A stretch of 64,000 bases of DNA from Alphaproteobacteria bacterium (GCA_024279115.1 JAJRRW010000068.1:22860-86859), one strand, 5' to 3'. Counted from the stretch's first letter, positions 9,036 to 18,628 are shown. The notes: generated by a model from the letters alone, not told the origin. A program made the numbers and translations.

Positions 9036-10223
9036 TTAGTCATTCAGGCCTTGATAATAGTCCATCAGGATTTGCGCGACTTCGGGGCGCGAAAACTCTT
9101 TGGGCGGCGCTTCACCATTGCCGAGCATTTCGCGCACTGCGGTGCCAGATAGAAGCACGAAGTCTTCCTTGTTGTGATCCGGGGCTTCGCGCATCATCAC
9201 GACCTTATCGAGTTTTTTCGAGTAAGCCGTGTGGTCAGCGGCGAAAATTTCCAGTTCCAGAGCACCGGCTGGCACGTCGTCGAAAATTTCCTGAGCGCCA
9301 AAATCGGTGTAATAGTCACCAACCCCTGCGTGATCACGACCAACGATCAGATGGGTTGCCCCCATATTCTGGCGGAACACGGCATGCAGTACGGCTTCAC
9401 GTGGTCCGGCATAGAGCATATCGAACCCATAGCCGGTGACCATGGCGCTGTTTTCGGGGAAATAGATGTCGACCATCTTGCGGATCGAGGCATCGCGCAC
9501 ATCAGCAGGAATATCGCCCGCTTTCAACTTGCCCAGCAACATGTGAATGACCAGGCCATCAGCATCAAGACGGTCCATGGCCATGTGGCACAGCTCTTCA
9601 TGAGCACGATGCATGGGGTTACGGGTCTGGAAGGCCACAACCTTGTTCCAGCCGCGCGCCTTGATCTCGTCGCGAATTTCAACGGCGGTTTTGTAGGTAT
9701 CGCCAAAATCACTCTCGAAATAGGAATAGTTGAGCACCTGAATGGGGCCCGAAAGCGCCACATTGCCAGCCGCCAAAAACGCCCCAACCCCGGGATGGTC
9801 TTTGTCGGTGGTACCATAAACCTTTTCAGCCACGGTCATCATTTCCTCATCGGAAAAAGCCTCAACCGCTTCAACATTCATAATGGCAATCACCGGATTG
9901 CCATCGACATTGGGATCTTTCAAGGCAATGCGGTCCCCGGAACTGATCGAACCGGCGTCACGCACCATGTTGACAACCGGAGTTGGCCAGAACAGGCCGT
10001 TGGTGGTTTTCATGCCTTGAGCAACTGACAAGGTATCGGCCTTGTTCATATAACCGGTCAGCGGGTTGAAATAACCACCGCCCAGCATCACCGCATTGGC
10101 AGCGGCGGCCGAACTGACAGTGATTGATGTGAGACCATTTGCCTCGCTTTGCAGTTTTTCGTTTTCGGCAGGATCGGAGACGAACAGGGGATTGAGTTCA
10201 TCGGAGCCATGGGGCTTTATCAT
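9036..10223 (-). CDS. sat: Sulfate adenylyltransferase (ATP sulfurylase), single-domain dissimilatory type
   Basis: QTRNPMHRAHEEL and GRDHAGVG motifs. The start at 10223 (MIKPHG) has gaggaag upstream; the ORF track extends to 10250. Confidence 0.95.
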   Translation of the reverse strand: MIKPHGSDELNPLFVSDPAENEKLQSEANGLTSITVSSAAAANAVMLGGGYFNPLTGYMNKADTLSVAQGMKTTNGLFWPTPVVNMVRDAGSISSGDRIALKDPNVDGNPVIAIMNVEAVEAFSDEEMMTVAEKVYGTTDKDHPGVGAFLAAGNVALSGPIQVLNYSYFESDFGDTYKTAVEIRDEIKARGWNKVVAFQTRNPMHRAHEELCHMAMDRLDADGLVIHMLLGKLKAGDIPADVRDASIRKMVDIYFPENSAMVTGYGFDMLYAGPREAVLHAVFRQNMGATHLIVGRDHAGVGDYYTDFGAQEIFDDVPAGALELEIFAADHTAYSKKLDKVVMMREAPDHNKEDFVLLSGTAVREMLGNGEAPPKEFSRPEVAQILMDYYQGLND

Positions 10224-10618
10224 CGCATCTTCCTCTAAGGTAACTATCATAATTGCGGGCCCTGATCACACCGATACCCGACGAGATGGTCGATCATGAC
10301 AGGTTCAAATAATGTGATGGGCTGCTTTCGTTTATCCATCACAGCGCTTTATTGCAAGCCCCCCAACCGCCCTTATTGACGCATTATTCCCCTTAGAACC
10401 TCCCTTATCGGCGCCAAACATTGATGCAAACCCCCGGCTTTTTAGGGACATTTATTAAAAAATCAGAAGATTTGAACATTCGAAAATTTACAGATATGAA
10501 AATTTGCGCTATGTCTGGCGGAAAGAATACCAAAACCGATCCCCTTTATAACCAGTCAGCTCGCTATTGGGTCTGGCAATTTGAAGTATGGATCACCATG
10601 AGGATGGAGGCTTTTTGC

Positions 10619-12289
10619 ATGGCTGGTGACGACGATCTGGAAGACGAATTTGCGGCGTTTGAACGCGAAGCAAAAGAAGCGGCTGCCAAAGCCCAGGAAG
10701 AAATGGCCAAAAACGCCAAAAAGGCGGAGCCCGCAGCTGAACCTGTTGCCGCGAGCGATGAGCCAGAAGAAGAAGACGAATTTGCAGCCTTTGAGCGTGA
10801 AGCCAGAGAAGCTGCCGCAGCCGCGGCCTCTTCCATGGGCGGCGGCGCAAGCGGCGGCACGTCCAGCGCAACCGCTTCAAGTGCACCAAAAGCTGACGAC
10901 AAAGCTGACGAAGAGGAAGAAGACGACACTCCCGTTGGTGTGCTGTCCGATGCTGAAAAAGCCGAAAGAGACGCGGCGCAAGCGGCGGCGGTTAAAACCA
11001 TTAACAAGGCCTCCAAGGCCCTGTTTGGCGCCACCAGCCAGACCATTCTTGTGGTCGGCGGTGGTATCGCTGGTGTCACGGCTGCCATTGAAGCGGCTGA
11101 AACCGGTTATGACGTCATACTGCTGGAAAAAAATTCCTATCTTGGTGGGCGGGTAACGCGGCTGAATCGCTATTTCCCCAAACTCTGTCACCCCTCTTGT
11201 GGTCTTGAGATCAACTATCAGCGCATCAAAAACAATCGCAATCTGAAAGTCATGACCATGACAGAAGTTGTTGGCGTTTCTGGCGCCAAGGGCGATTACA
11301 AGGTCAAAATCAAAACCGCACCGCGTTTTATTGACGAAGGTTGCAACGGTTGTGGCTCTTGTTCCAATGCCGTTGAGACAACCGTCGACAATGAATATAA
11401 TTACGGCATGGATCAGATCAAGGCGGTCAACCTGCCCCACGAACATGCCTTTCCCATGAAATATGTGATGTCACCAGACGTCATCGGCACCGATGATGCT
11501 GACAAAATCAAGGAGGCCTGTACGTCTGGTCATGTTGATCTTGAGGCCACCGCTACGGATGGCGATCTGTCGGTTGGAGCCATCATCTGGGCCACCGGCT
11601 GGACACCATATGACAGCAACAAGCTGGAGCATTACAGCTACAGTCATAGTGCCGACATCATCAATAATGTTGAGATGGAACGCCTCGCCAGTCCAGATGG
11701 ACCAACCAATGGCAAAATTCTCAAGCCATCGGATGGCAAAGAGCCCAAACGCATCGCCATGATCCAGTGTGCCGGATCGCGCGACATCAATCATCTGCCT
11801 TATTGCTCGATGATCTGCTGCCTCGCCAGCCTCAAGCATGCCGCTTATGTGCGTGAACAATATCCCGACGCGGAGGTTGATATTTATTATATCGACATTC
11901 GCGCCCACGATAAGATGAGCAGCTTTTATGAGCGCGTCAAACGCGACGCCAAAGTCAATTTCATCAAATCAAAACCCGGTCACATCACCATTGGTGCTGA
12001 TGGTCGCCCCTTGATCCACGGTGAAAATACCATCGGTGATCGTGAAATTTACGATGAAGCTTATGATCTCGTCGTTCTGGCCACAGGCATGGAGCCTAGC
12101 CTGCCCCTCGAAACAGATTTCGAAGCGGCCCCCGAACGCGACGAATATGGCTTCGTCATCAATGGATCGGACAGTGACAATGGTCAGTTCGCAGCTGGCG
12201 TTGCCGGTGGTCCATTTGACGTTGCGCTATCAACACAAACAGCAACAGCTAGCGCCTTGAAGGCCATTCAAGCTGTTCGCGGTAACTAA
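10619..12289 (+). CDS. qmoA: QmoA-like HdrA-family flavoprotein with a roughly 140-aa acidic/Ala-rich N-terminal extension
   Basis: The ATG at 10619 sits 8 nt after ggagg. FAD fold VVGGGIAGVTAAIEAAETG follows the extension. QCAGSRD and MICC motifs are HdrA/QmoA-like. It is the first gene of a four-gene operon. Confidence 0.85.
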   Translation: MAGDDDLEDEFAAFEREAKEAAAKAQEEMAKNAKKAEPAAEPVAASDEPEEEDEFAAFEREAREAAAAAASSMGGGASGGTSSATASSAPKADDKADEEEEDDTPVGVLSDAEKAERDAAQAAAVKTINKASKALFGATSQTILVVGGGIAGVTAAIEAAETGYDVILLEKNSYLGGRVTRLNRYFPKLCHPSCGLEINYQRIKNNRNLKVMTMTEVVGVSGAKGDYKVKIKTAPRFIDEGCNGCGSCSNAVETTVDNEYNYGMDQIKAVNLPHEHAFPMKYVMSPDVIGTDDADKIKEACTSGHVDLEATATDGDLSVGAIIWATGWTPYDSNKLEHYSYSHSADIINNVEMERLASPDGPTNGKILKPSDGKEPKRIAMIQCAGSRDINHLPYCSMICCLASLKHAAYVREQYPDAEVDIYYIDIRAHDKMSSFYERVKRDAKVNFIKSKPGHITIGADGRPLIHGENTIGDREIYDEAYDLVVLATGMEPSLPLETDFEAAPERDEYGFVINGSDSDNGQFAAGVAGGPFDVALSTQTATASALKAIQAVRGN

Positions 12290-12306
12290 TAAGAGGGTAA
12301 AGAGTT

Positions 12307-14577
12307 ATGAGCGAAGAAGTTTTCGAACACAAACCCGCCGCCTATCTGTGCGGTGGTTGCGGCATCAAGGATGCTCTGGATATGGATGCGCTGGAAACAG
12401 CCATCACCGGCGGCATGATGGTCTCCAATGTCAAACAGTCCGATGCCTTTTGTTCCGGCAAGGGCCTGGAGACGATCAAGAGCGACATGAAAAGCGGCGA
12501 CGTCAATCAAGCCATTGTAGCTGGTTGTTCGCCGCGGGTCATGGTGCAGGAATTTAATGAGGTCGGCGGTCAGGTGTTTCGCGCCAATATGCGTGAACAG
12601 GTGATCTGGCAACAGCCCGCCAATAACGAAGACACGCAGGCCCTGGCCACCGATAATATGCGCATGGCCATTACCCAGGCCCGCAAGTCCGAGCCACCCC
12701 AGGCTCATTGGGATGGCGCAACCTCTTTGAAACTACTGGTGGTCGGCGGTGGTATCACCGGCCTGACAGCGGCGCGCGAAGCCTCCAAAACCGGTGCCCA
12801 AGTGGTGATTGTTGAAAAGACCGACAAGCTGGGCGGCTGGGCTGGCAAATGGAGCAAATTCATTCCCGAAAATGCCCCGTACCGCGAGCCTGAAGACAAT
12901 CCCGTCCCTGCCCTCATCGCCGAAGTCGAGAACGATGACAATATCACGGTATTGTTCGACACGATTGTCGATCGCACCGAAGGTGGTCCAGGTGAATTTT
13001 CCTGCCGCCTGAAAAATGGTTCGGGGACCAATTGGGATATTTATGGCGCGGTGGTTTTGGCCACGGGCTGGCGTCCTTACACCAGCGAAGATCAAAAGAA
13101 ATTCGGCATCGGCGAAACCGATGGCGTTGTCACCGACATTGAGATGGAAGAAAAGCTGTCCTCTGGTGATCTCAAAGATGTCAAAAATATCATCTTCATC
13201 ATCCCCGGCGATAGCGACCGCATGGTCTACAGCTCCGGCGTCTCTGACAAGGTGGCCATCAAACAGGCTCTGCAAATGACGCAGGCCGATCCCGATGTGA
13301 TGGCCTATATCATTCATGAAGATTTCCGCTCTCATGGTCTGGCCGAAGAATTTTATCGCCACGCCCAGGAAAAAGGCGTCATCTTCCAGCGCGGCGAAGT
13401 GAAAAGCATCAGCTCTGATCGAACCGTCACCGTTGATGACGAGCTTCTGGGGCTGGAAATCCCCATGAGCGGCATTGATCTGGTGGTTGTCTCAACCGGC
13501 ATGGTTCCCAACTCCACCAATATTGATCTTGAGGCCACCGAAAGAGGCGCCGATCAATTAAAGTCCGACATCAACCCCGTTGCGCCGATCTTTACGGTCA
13601 ACGGGACGCAGGTTGACGAGGACCTCGCGGAAACGGCGGCTGACGCTGAAGCAGAGGAAACGATCCCCGAAGGGGGTCCTCTGCTCAACCTGCAATATCG
13701 TCAAGGACCCCATGTGCCGGTTCTGGCCAACGGCTTTGCGGACAGTCACTATATCTGCTTCCCCTATGAAACACGCCGCTCGGGCATCTACACGGCTGGT
13801 CCGGTGCGCCGCGCCATGACTGCCTCTGAAGCCATCAACGATGCACAAGGTGCCGTCCTCAAGGCCATTCAGGCCATGCGTCAGGCCAATGAGGCCAAGG
13901 CGGTTCATCCGCGTGCGGGCGATTTGTCGTTCCCAGAATTTGGTCTCGATATCTGCACCAAGTGCCGTCGCTGCACGGTGGAATGTCCGTTCGGTGCCAT
14001 TGATGAAGATCCTGAAACTGATTATCCAGTGGTCAACCCGACGCGTTGTCGTCGTTGCGGCACCTGCATGGGCGCTTGTCCCGTGAGCACCATCAGCTTC
14101 AAAAACTACAATCCGGCCCAGGTCTCCGACATGGTTGCCGCTGGTACAGAAGAGTGCCCTCCCGACAAACCACGTATTCTGGTGCTGGCTTGCGAGAACG
14201 ATGCTTATCCGGCAATGGATATGGCGGGCATTAACAGACTTGAAGCCAGTCCCTATATGAGAGTGATACCGGTGCGCTGCCTTGGCTCCGTGACCCTTTT
14301 GTGGGTCAAAACGGCGCTGGAAAAAGGCTATGATGGCATCATGCTGCTGGGCTGCAAATCCGGCGATGATTATCAGTGTCATTTCGTCAAGGGATCCGGC
14401 ATTGCGCAAGAACGCATGAGCAAGGTGGGTGACACGCTACGCTCCATGATGATGGAAGAAGAACGGGTCCAGGTCAACGAGATCGCCATCGCCGACAGCG
14501 AGCGGGTCACACAGATCCTCAATAATTTTGGCAAGCAGATCGAAGATATCGGTCTCAACCCATTTAAAGGATTTTAG
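12307..14577 (+). CDS. qmoB: QmoB-like HdrA-family flavoprotein with two ferredoxin motifs and a C-terminal MvhD-like domain
   Basis: VVGGGITGLTAA. Ferredoxin motifs CTKCRRCTVECP and CRRCGTCMGACP. The C-terminal ILVLACENDAYPA..VRCLGSV..GCKSGDDYQCHF matches the MvhD/FlpD type. Confidence 0.9.
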   Translation: MSEEVFEHKPAAYLCGGCGIKDALDMDALETAITGGMMVSNVKQSDAFCSGKGLETIKSDMKSGDVNQAIVAGCSPRVMVQEFNEVGGQVFRANMREQVIWQQPANNEDTQALATDNMRMAITQARKSEPPQAHWDGATSLKLLVVGGGITGLTAAREASKTGAQVVIVEKTDKLGGWAGKWSKFIPENAPYREPEDNPVPALIAEVENDDNITVLFDTIVDRTEGGPGEFSCRLKNGSGTNWDIYGAVVLATGWRPYTSEDQKKFGIGETDGVVTDIEMEEKLSSGDLKDVKNIIFIIPGDSDRMVYSSGVSDKVAIKQALQMTQADPDVMAYIIHEDFRSHGLAEEFYRHAQEKGVIFQRGEVKSISSDRTVTVDDELLGLEIPMSGIDLVVVSTGMVPNSTNIDLEATERGADQLKSDINPVAPIFTVNGTQVDEDLAETAADAEAEETIPEGGPLLNLQYRQGPHVPVLANGFADSHYICFPYETRRSGIYTAGPVRRAMTASEAINDAQGAVLKAIQAMRQANEAKAVHPRAGDLSFPEFGLDICTKCRRCTVECPFGAIDEDPETDYPVVNPTRCRRCGTCMGACPVSTISFKNYNPAQVSDMVAAGTEECPPDKPRILVLACENDAYPAMDMAGINRLEASPYMRVIPVRCLGSVTLLWVKTALEKGYDGIMLLGCKSGDDYQCHFVKGSGIAQERMSKVGDTLRSMMMEEERVQVNEIAIADSERVTQILNNFGKQIEDIGLNPFKGF

Positions 14578-14579
14578 AC

Positions 14580-15179
14580 ATGACAGTCCCTATGCCGACA
14601 TCCAGTCGCAAATATGATCTCAATTTTGCCCGCTGGGTCCGCGACAATGTCGCGGGCGGCGACAAAATGAACATGTGCATGCAATGCGGCACCTGTTCGG
14701 GTTCATGTCCCATCGGCACAGAAATGGAAGATGGTCCGCGCAAACTGTTCATGATGATCAGAGCCGGCATGAAAGAAGAAGTGCTTTCCTCCAATTCTGT
14801 TTGGGAATGTACCAGCTGCTATCGCTGTGTGGTACGATGCCCGCGCGGCGTCCCTGTCACCTATCTGATGCAGGGCCTGGCGGCTCTTGCCTCCAAAGAG
14901 GGCTATGCCCCCAAAGTTGAGAACAATTATTTCTCGCGATATTTCTGGAAGAGTGTTGAGCTTACCGGCAAGACCGATGAACGCCTTGTGCCCACGGCCT
15001 ATTTCTTCTCATTTGGCCTGATCGAGGGCATCAAGCGCTCACTTGGCAATCTGAAGATTGCCTTCAACATGGCCAAAGCTGGACGCATGCATATCGGACT
15101 GCCTCACCGCATCAAGGATACCAAAGGCCTCAAGGCCATCCTTGCCAAAGCCGCGCAAATCGAAGATCAAAAAAGCTAG
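14580..15179 (+). CDS. hdrC: HdrC-like 4Fe-4S dicluster subunit
   Basis: CMQCGTCSGSCP and CTSCYRCVVRCP motifs. Starts 2 nt after the qmoB stop. Confidence 0.8.
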   Translation: MTVPMPTSSRKYDLNFARWVRDNVAGGDKMNMCMQCGTCSGSCPIGTEMEDGPRKLFMMIRAGMKEEVLSSNSVWECTSCYRCVVRCPRGVPVTYLMQGLAALASKEGYAPKVENNYFSRYFWKSVELTGKTDERLVPTAYFFSFGLIEGIKRSLGNLKIAFNMAKAGRMHIGLPHRIKDTKGLKAILAKAAQIEDQKS

Positions 15180-15191
15180 GAAGGGAGTTTT

Positions 15192-16100
15192 ATGATGAGT
15201 AAGAAAAAGAAAATGACCTATTATCCGGGCTGTAGTTCGCAAGGCTCGGGTCGCCATCTGGACGAATCTATCCGCGCAATCCTGCCTGATCTCGGGGTTG
15301 ACGTGGTTGATATTGATGACTGGAACTGTTGCGGAGCCTCCGTTGGTAATATTGGTGGTGGCCCCTTGCCCAACCTGGCGCTGACAGGCCGCAATCTGGC
15401 TCTGGCACAAGAACAGGGCAATCAGGACATTGTGACCGGTTGTGCCGCTTGCTATTTGAACACTCATGGCGGCAATGAGAAAATCAAGGCTGACGTCAAA
15501 AAACGTCGCGACGTCAATGATGCTCTGGGAGAGGCTGGCCTTTCCTATGATTACGACCTCGATGTACATCACGTCATGGAAGTCATCGTCAATGATATCG
15601 GCATGGAAGAAGTCGAGAAACAAGCCACCAACAAGCTCAAGGGCCTCAAAGTGGCCGGCTGGGTCGGCTGCCAGACGGTGCGCCCGTTCGCGGGGACGGA
15701 AACAGGTGGCAAATACGCCACCTATGAAGACCCCACCTTCCTTGACGAGATCACAGAAGCCTGCGGCGCTGAAGTCACCGACTTTGCTCCCAAGACGAAC
15801 TGCTGCGGTGGGTCTGTTGCCGTTATGAAACCCGAAAAAACCCTGCACCTGATGAAAACCATTCTCGATGCAGCCGTTGAATCTGGCGCTGACGTGGTGA
15901 GCACTCCTTGCCCGCTTTGCCAGACCAATCTGGAAATGTATCAAGACGCCATCAACAAGGAATTTGGCACGAACTATAATATGCCAGTGGTGTTCCCCAG
16001 CCAGCTCATCGCGGTTGCCATGGGCAAGGACAAGGAAAAGGATGCCGGCCTGCAACGCCAGACCATCCGCTCGAAAAAACTTGAAGATATGGCCAAATAG
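15192..16100 (+). CDS. hdrB: HdrB-like subunit with two CCG domains
   Basis: YYPGCS..NCCGAS and GCQ..NCCGGS..CPLCQ motifs, i.e. duplicated CCG domains. Confidence 0.85.
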   Translation: MMSKKKKMTYYPGCSSQGSGRHLDESIRAILPDLGVDVVDIDDWNCCGASVGNIGGGPLPNLALTGRNLALAQEQGNQDIVTGCAACYLNTHGGNEKIKADVKKRRDVNDALGEAGLSYDYDLDVHHVMEVIVNDIGMEEVEKQATNKLKGLKVAGWVGCQTVRPFAGTETGGKYATYEDPTFLDEITEACGAEVTDFAPKTNCCGGSVAVMKPEKTLHLMKTILDAAVESGADVVSTPCPLCQTNLEMYQDAINKEFGTNYNMPVVFPSQLIAVAMGKDKEKDAGLQRQTIRSKKLEDMAK

Positions 16101-16130
16101 CCGCTTCAATGCACACAACAATAAAGATCA

Positions 16131-16165
16131 AAAAGGCGCTGTAAATTCTCACAGCGCCTTTTTTG
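16131..16165 (+). terminator. Rho-independent terminator after hdrB
   Basis: aaaaggcgctgt / acagcgcctttt stem followed by a T-run. Confidence 0.75.
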
Positions 16166-16419
16166 CTGGCGATCGGTTTTGAACGTGAACTCTGCCTTAC
16201 CAGCATGTTAAATATTGGTAATAAAAGGCAGTAACTTCAAATTTTTACCCCAAACAGGTCTAATTACCGGCATTATGTAGCCTCGTTTCTCAGTCAATTC
16301 TATAGCTATTGAAGTAACGCTCGTTAAGTCCACAAATGGCTGTTTGGTCAAGTGGCAAGGGCAACAGGCAACAAATGACTTGAGACAAGTAAATTGGAAA
16401 TACCGGGGGGTATTGTAAT

Positions 16420-16824
16420 ATGGCCGATTTTGAAAATGCCTTGGCAAAAGCCGTCATGAGCTCGCTAAGCGAAGAAGGCGAAAAGGAGGATGTTTGTAAG
16501 CGGCCTCCCGAGATTGAGGCGCGGCGCATCCTTGATCTGTTTAACGATATGAATGTGACCAATGGGTTCGCCACCGGCGACCTGGTCACCTGGAAACAGG
16601 GGTTGAAAAATGGCCGCTATCCGCAAAAGAATTATCCAGCCATTGTGACGCGCATCTATGAGACCCCGCTCTCGCGCTCTGATATGGAATCAGGCTCCAA
16701 CCATTTTCGCGAACCGCTGGACCTGGTGATCCTTGTCGATACCGGCGATGAAGTCAGCGAATTTCATGTCGATAGTCGGCGCTTCAAACCTTATGAGGGG
16801 CAAATTGACGGATTTGGTGACTAG
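16420..16824 (+). CDS. Hypothetical protein
   Basis: 134-aa ORF with plausible composition. No family recognised. Confidence 0.45.
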   Translation: MADFENALAKAVMSSLSEEGEKEDVCKRPPEIEARRILDLFNDMNVTNGFATGDLVTWKQGLKNGRYPQKNYPAIVTRIYETPLSRSDMESGSNHFREPLDLVILVDTGDEVSEFHVDSRRFKPYEGQIDGFGD

Positions 16825-17034
16825 CCCTCGCATGCTTTTCCCCTAGGCATCACCCATGACCTGGATCAAGTCACCAACGATAAGCTTTTCCGCGTTACGA
16901 GGTGCAAGCTCATAAAAAATAATTTATAGGCACCTTGGGGTAGTCTCGCAGATTGTGACGTTTTCTGCGGGACTGCTTTCCGTTCCTGGATCGTGCGAAC
17001 ATCTAGAGTGTCCCTCTTGACCAAGACGGATACC

Positions 17035-17946
17035 CTAGCGGCGTGTCTGTTGTGTCTTCTTGCCGCCAAATGGTGGTTTTTTTCTCGGTTTTTTAACAGG
17101 CTTTGCCTTGCTCTCTATTGTTGATTTAAGCTGTGGTGTGGTTGTTTTTGCACTGTCTGCCCGCTGCACCTGTCGCTTTGGCCCTAGCTCAAATTGATCG
17201 CTTAGCTGCTTGCCAAGCTGCTCGGCCAACACGCGGCGCTTGACCTCTTCCACCGCCCCGGACTTGAGATCGCTTAGCTGAAACGGCCCATAGGAAAGAC
17301 GGATCAGGCGGCTGACCTTCATCCCCAAATGTTCCAGAACCCGGCGGATTTCACGATTTTTTCCCTCCGAGATAGACATGGTGATCCACGGATTATTACC
17401 GTCGCGCTCCAACTGAGCCGATATTTCACCATAACGCACGCCCTCAATGGTCAAGCCATTTTTAAGACCGTCCAGCTGCGTTTGCGTGATCCGGCCAAAG
17501 GCCCGCACCTTATAGCGCCTGCTCCATCCCGTTGCGGGTAACTCCAGATGCCGGGCCAGCCCCCCATCCGTGGTTAAAAGCATCAAGCCTTCGGTGTTAT
17601 AATCCAGCCGCCCCACCGAGATCACTCGCGGCAGATGGTCCGGCAGAGCGTCAAACACCGTTGGTCGTCCCTGCGGGTCCTTGTGAGAGGTCATGCGCCC
17701 ACGCGGCTTGTGATAGCGCCATAAACGCACCGGTTCGCTCACAGGCAAGGGCTTGTCATTGACCACAATAACATCACTGGTACTGACATTGAGCGCCGGA
17801 CTTTTTAGCACCTTGCCATTCACCACGACCTTGCCAGCCTCGATCAAACGCTCGGCGTCCCGGCGCGAACATACGCCGGCACGGGCAATCACCTTAGCGA
17901 TGCGCATGCCCTCTTTCACTGGTTTTTGTTCTGAAGTTTTTGACAA
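17035..17946 (-). CDS. rluB: Pseudouridine synthase, RsuA/RluB family, with S4 domain and basic C-terminal tail
   Basis: S4 motif RIAKVIARAGVCSRRDAERLI and catalytic GRLDYNTEGLMLLT. Confidence 0.85.
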   Translation of the reverse strand: MSKTSEQKPVKEGMRIAKVIARAGVCSRRDAERLIEAGKVVVNGKVLKSPALNVSTSDVIVVNDKPLPVSEPVRLWRYHKPRGRMTSHKDPQGRPTVFDALPDHLPRVISVGRLDYNTEGLMLLTTDGGLARHLELPATGWSRRYKVRAFGRITQTQLDGLKNGLTIEGVRYGEISAQLERDGNNPWITMSISEGKNREIRRVLEHLGMKVSRLIRLSYGPFQLSDLKSGAVEEVKRRVLAEQLGKQLSDQFELGPKRQVQRADSAKTTTPQLKSTIESKAKPVKKPRKKPPFGGKKTQQTRR

Positions 17947-17994
17947 TGGACCTGCCCTTGATTTAATGGCTTAACCTAATGAGTTGGCGCGCAG

Positions 17995-18123
17995 CTTGTC
18001 TTCGCCAGACGGGCAGCCTATTCAGCTGGAACCAAAGGCGAGCCTTTGGAAACCTTTCAAATAAGGGGTTTGGGGGCTGGTCCCCAATGCCAGCTGCAAA
18101 GCTGCCCGTCTGGCGAAGACAAG
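17995..18123. repeat. 129-bp compound hairpin element (REP-like)
   Basis: 23-bp perfect inverted repeat cttgtcttcgccagacgggcagc (17995-18017 vs 18101-18123). Inner stems are ccaaagg/cctttgg and tgggg/cccca. Partial relatives occur at 1925-1976 and 25183-25245. Confidence 0.75.
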
Positions 18124-18163
18124 TGCTCTACGAGCACTCAACAACCGCAAACAAGGATGCACA

Positions 18164-18628
18164 GTGGCAAATCATACACGCACAAGCAACAGCTTTATGG
18201 AACTGGCTTTAACGCAGGCCAGGAAGGCGCGGGCACGCGGTGAGGTGCCGGTGGGAGCGGTGATCGTTGGCCCAGACAAATCCGTTATCGCGCAGGACGG
18301 CAACCGCACGCTGGAGCTTCAAGACCCCAGTGCCCATGCCGAGCTTTTGGTCATTCAGCAAGCTTGTCAACTGATTGGCAGCGAGCGGCTCACCGGGCAT
18401 GATCTTTATGTCACGCTGGAGCCTTGTACCATGTGCGCCGGGCTCATCAGCTTTGCCCGTATCCGGCGGCTCTATTTCGGCGCTTATGATGCCAAAAGTG
18501 GCGGCGTTGAGCAAGGCGCCTCGTTTTTTGGCCAAACCACCTGCCATCACGCCCCCGAAGTCTATGGCGGCATGGATGAAAGCCGCTGCGCGGACCTGCT
18601 CACCGGTTTTTTCACGGCAAGGCGCTAA
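18164..18628 (+). CDS. tadA: tRNA-specific adenosine deaminase
   Basis: HAELLVI and TLEPCTMCAG deaminase zinc motifs. Confidence 0.85.
   Translation: MANHTRTSNSFMELALTQARKARARGEVPVGAVIVGPDKSVIAQDGNRTLELQDPSAHAELLVIQQACQLIGSERLTGHDLYVTLEPCTMCAGLISFARIRRLYFGAYDAKSGGVEQGASFFGQTTCHHAPEVYGGMDESRCADLLTGFFTARR

Noticed and set aside
10564-11088. Ala/Ser-rich 174-aa antisense ORF (and other frames) across the QmoA N-terminal extension
   Set aside because: Low-complexity GC-rich repeat DNA stays open in several frames. Only the plus frame continues into a recognisable flavoprotein and has a good RBS.
15039-16121. 360-aa minus-strand ORF covering the whole hdrB region
   Set aside because: It is antisense to a protein with clear duplicated CCG-domain motifs. 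Its own translation has no recognisable motifs and biased composition, typical of a shadow ORF.
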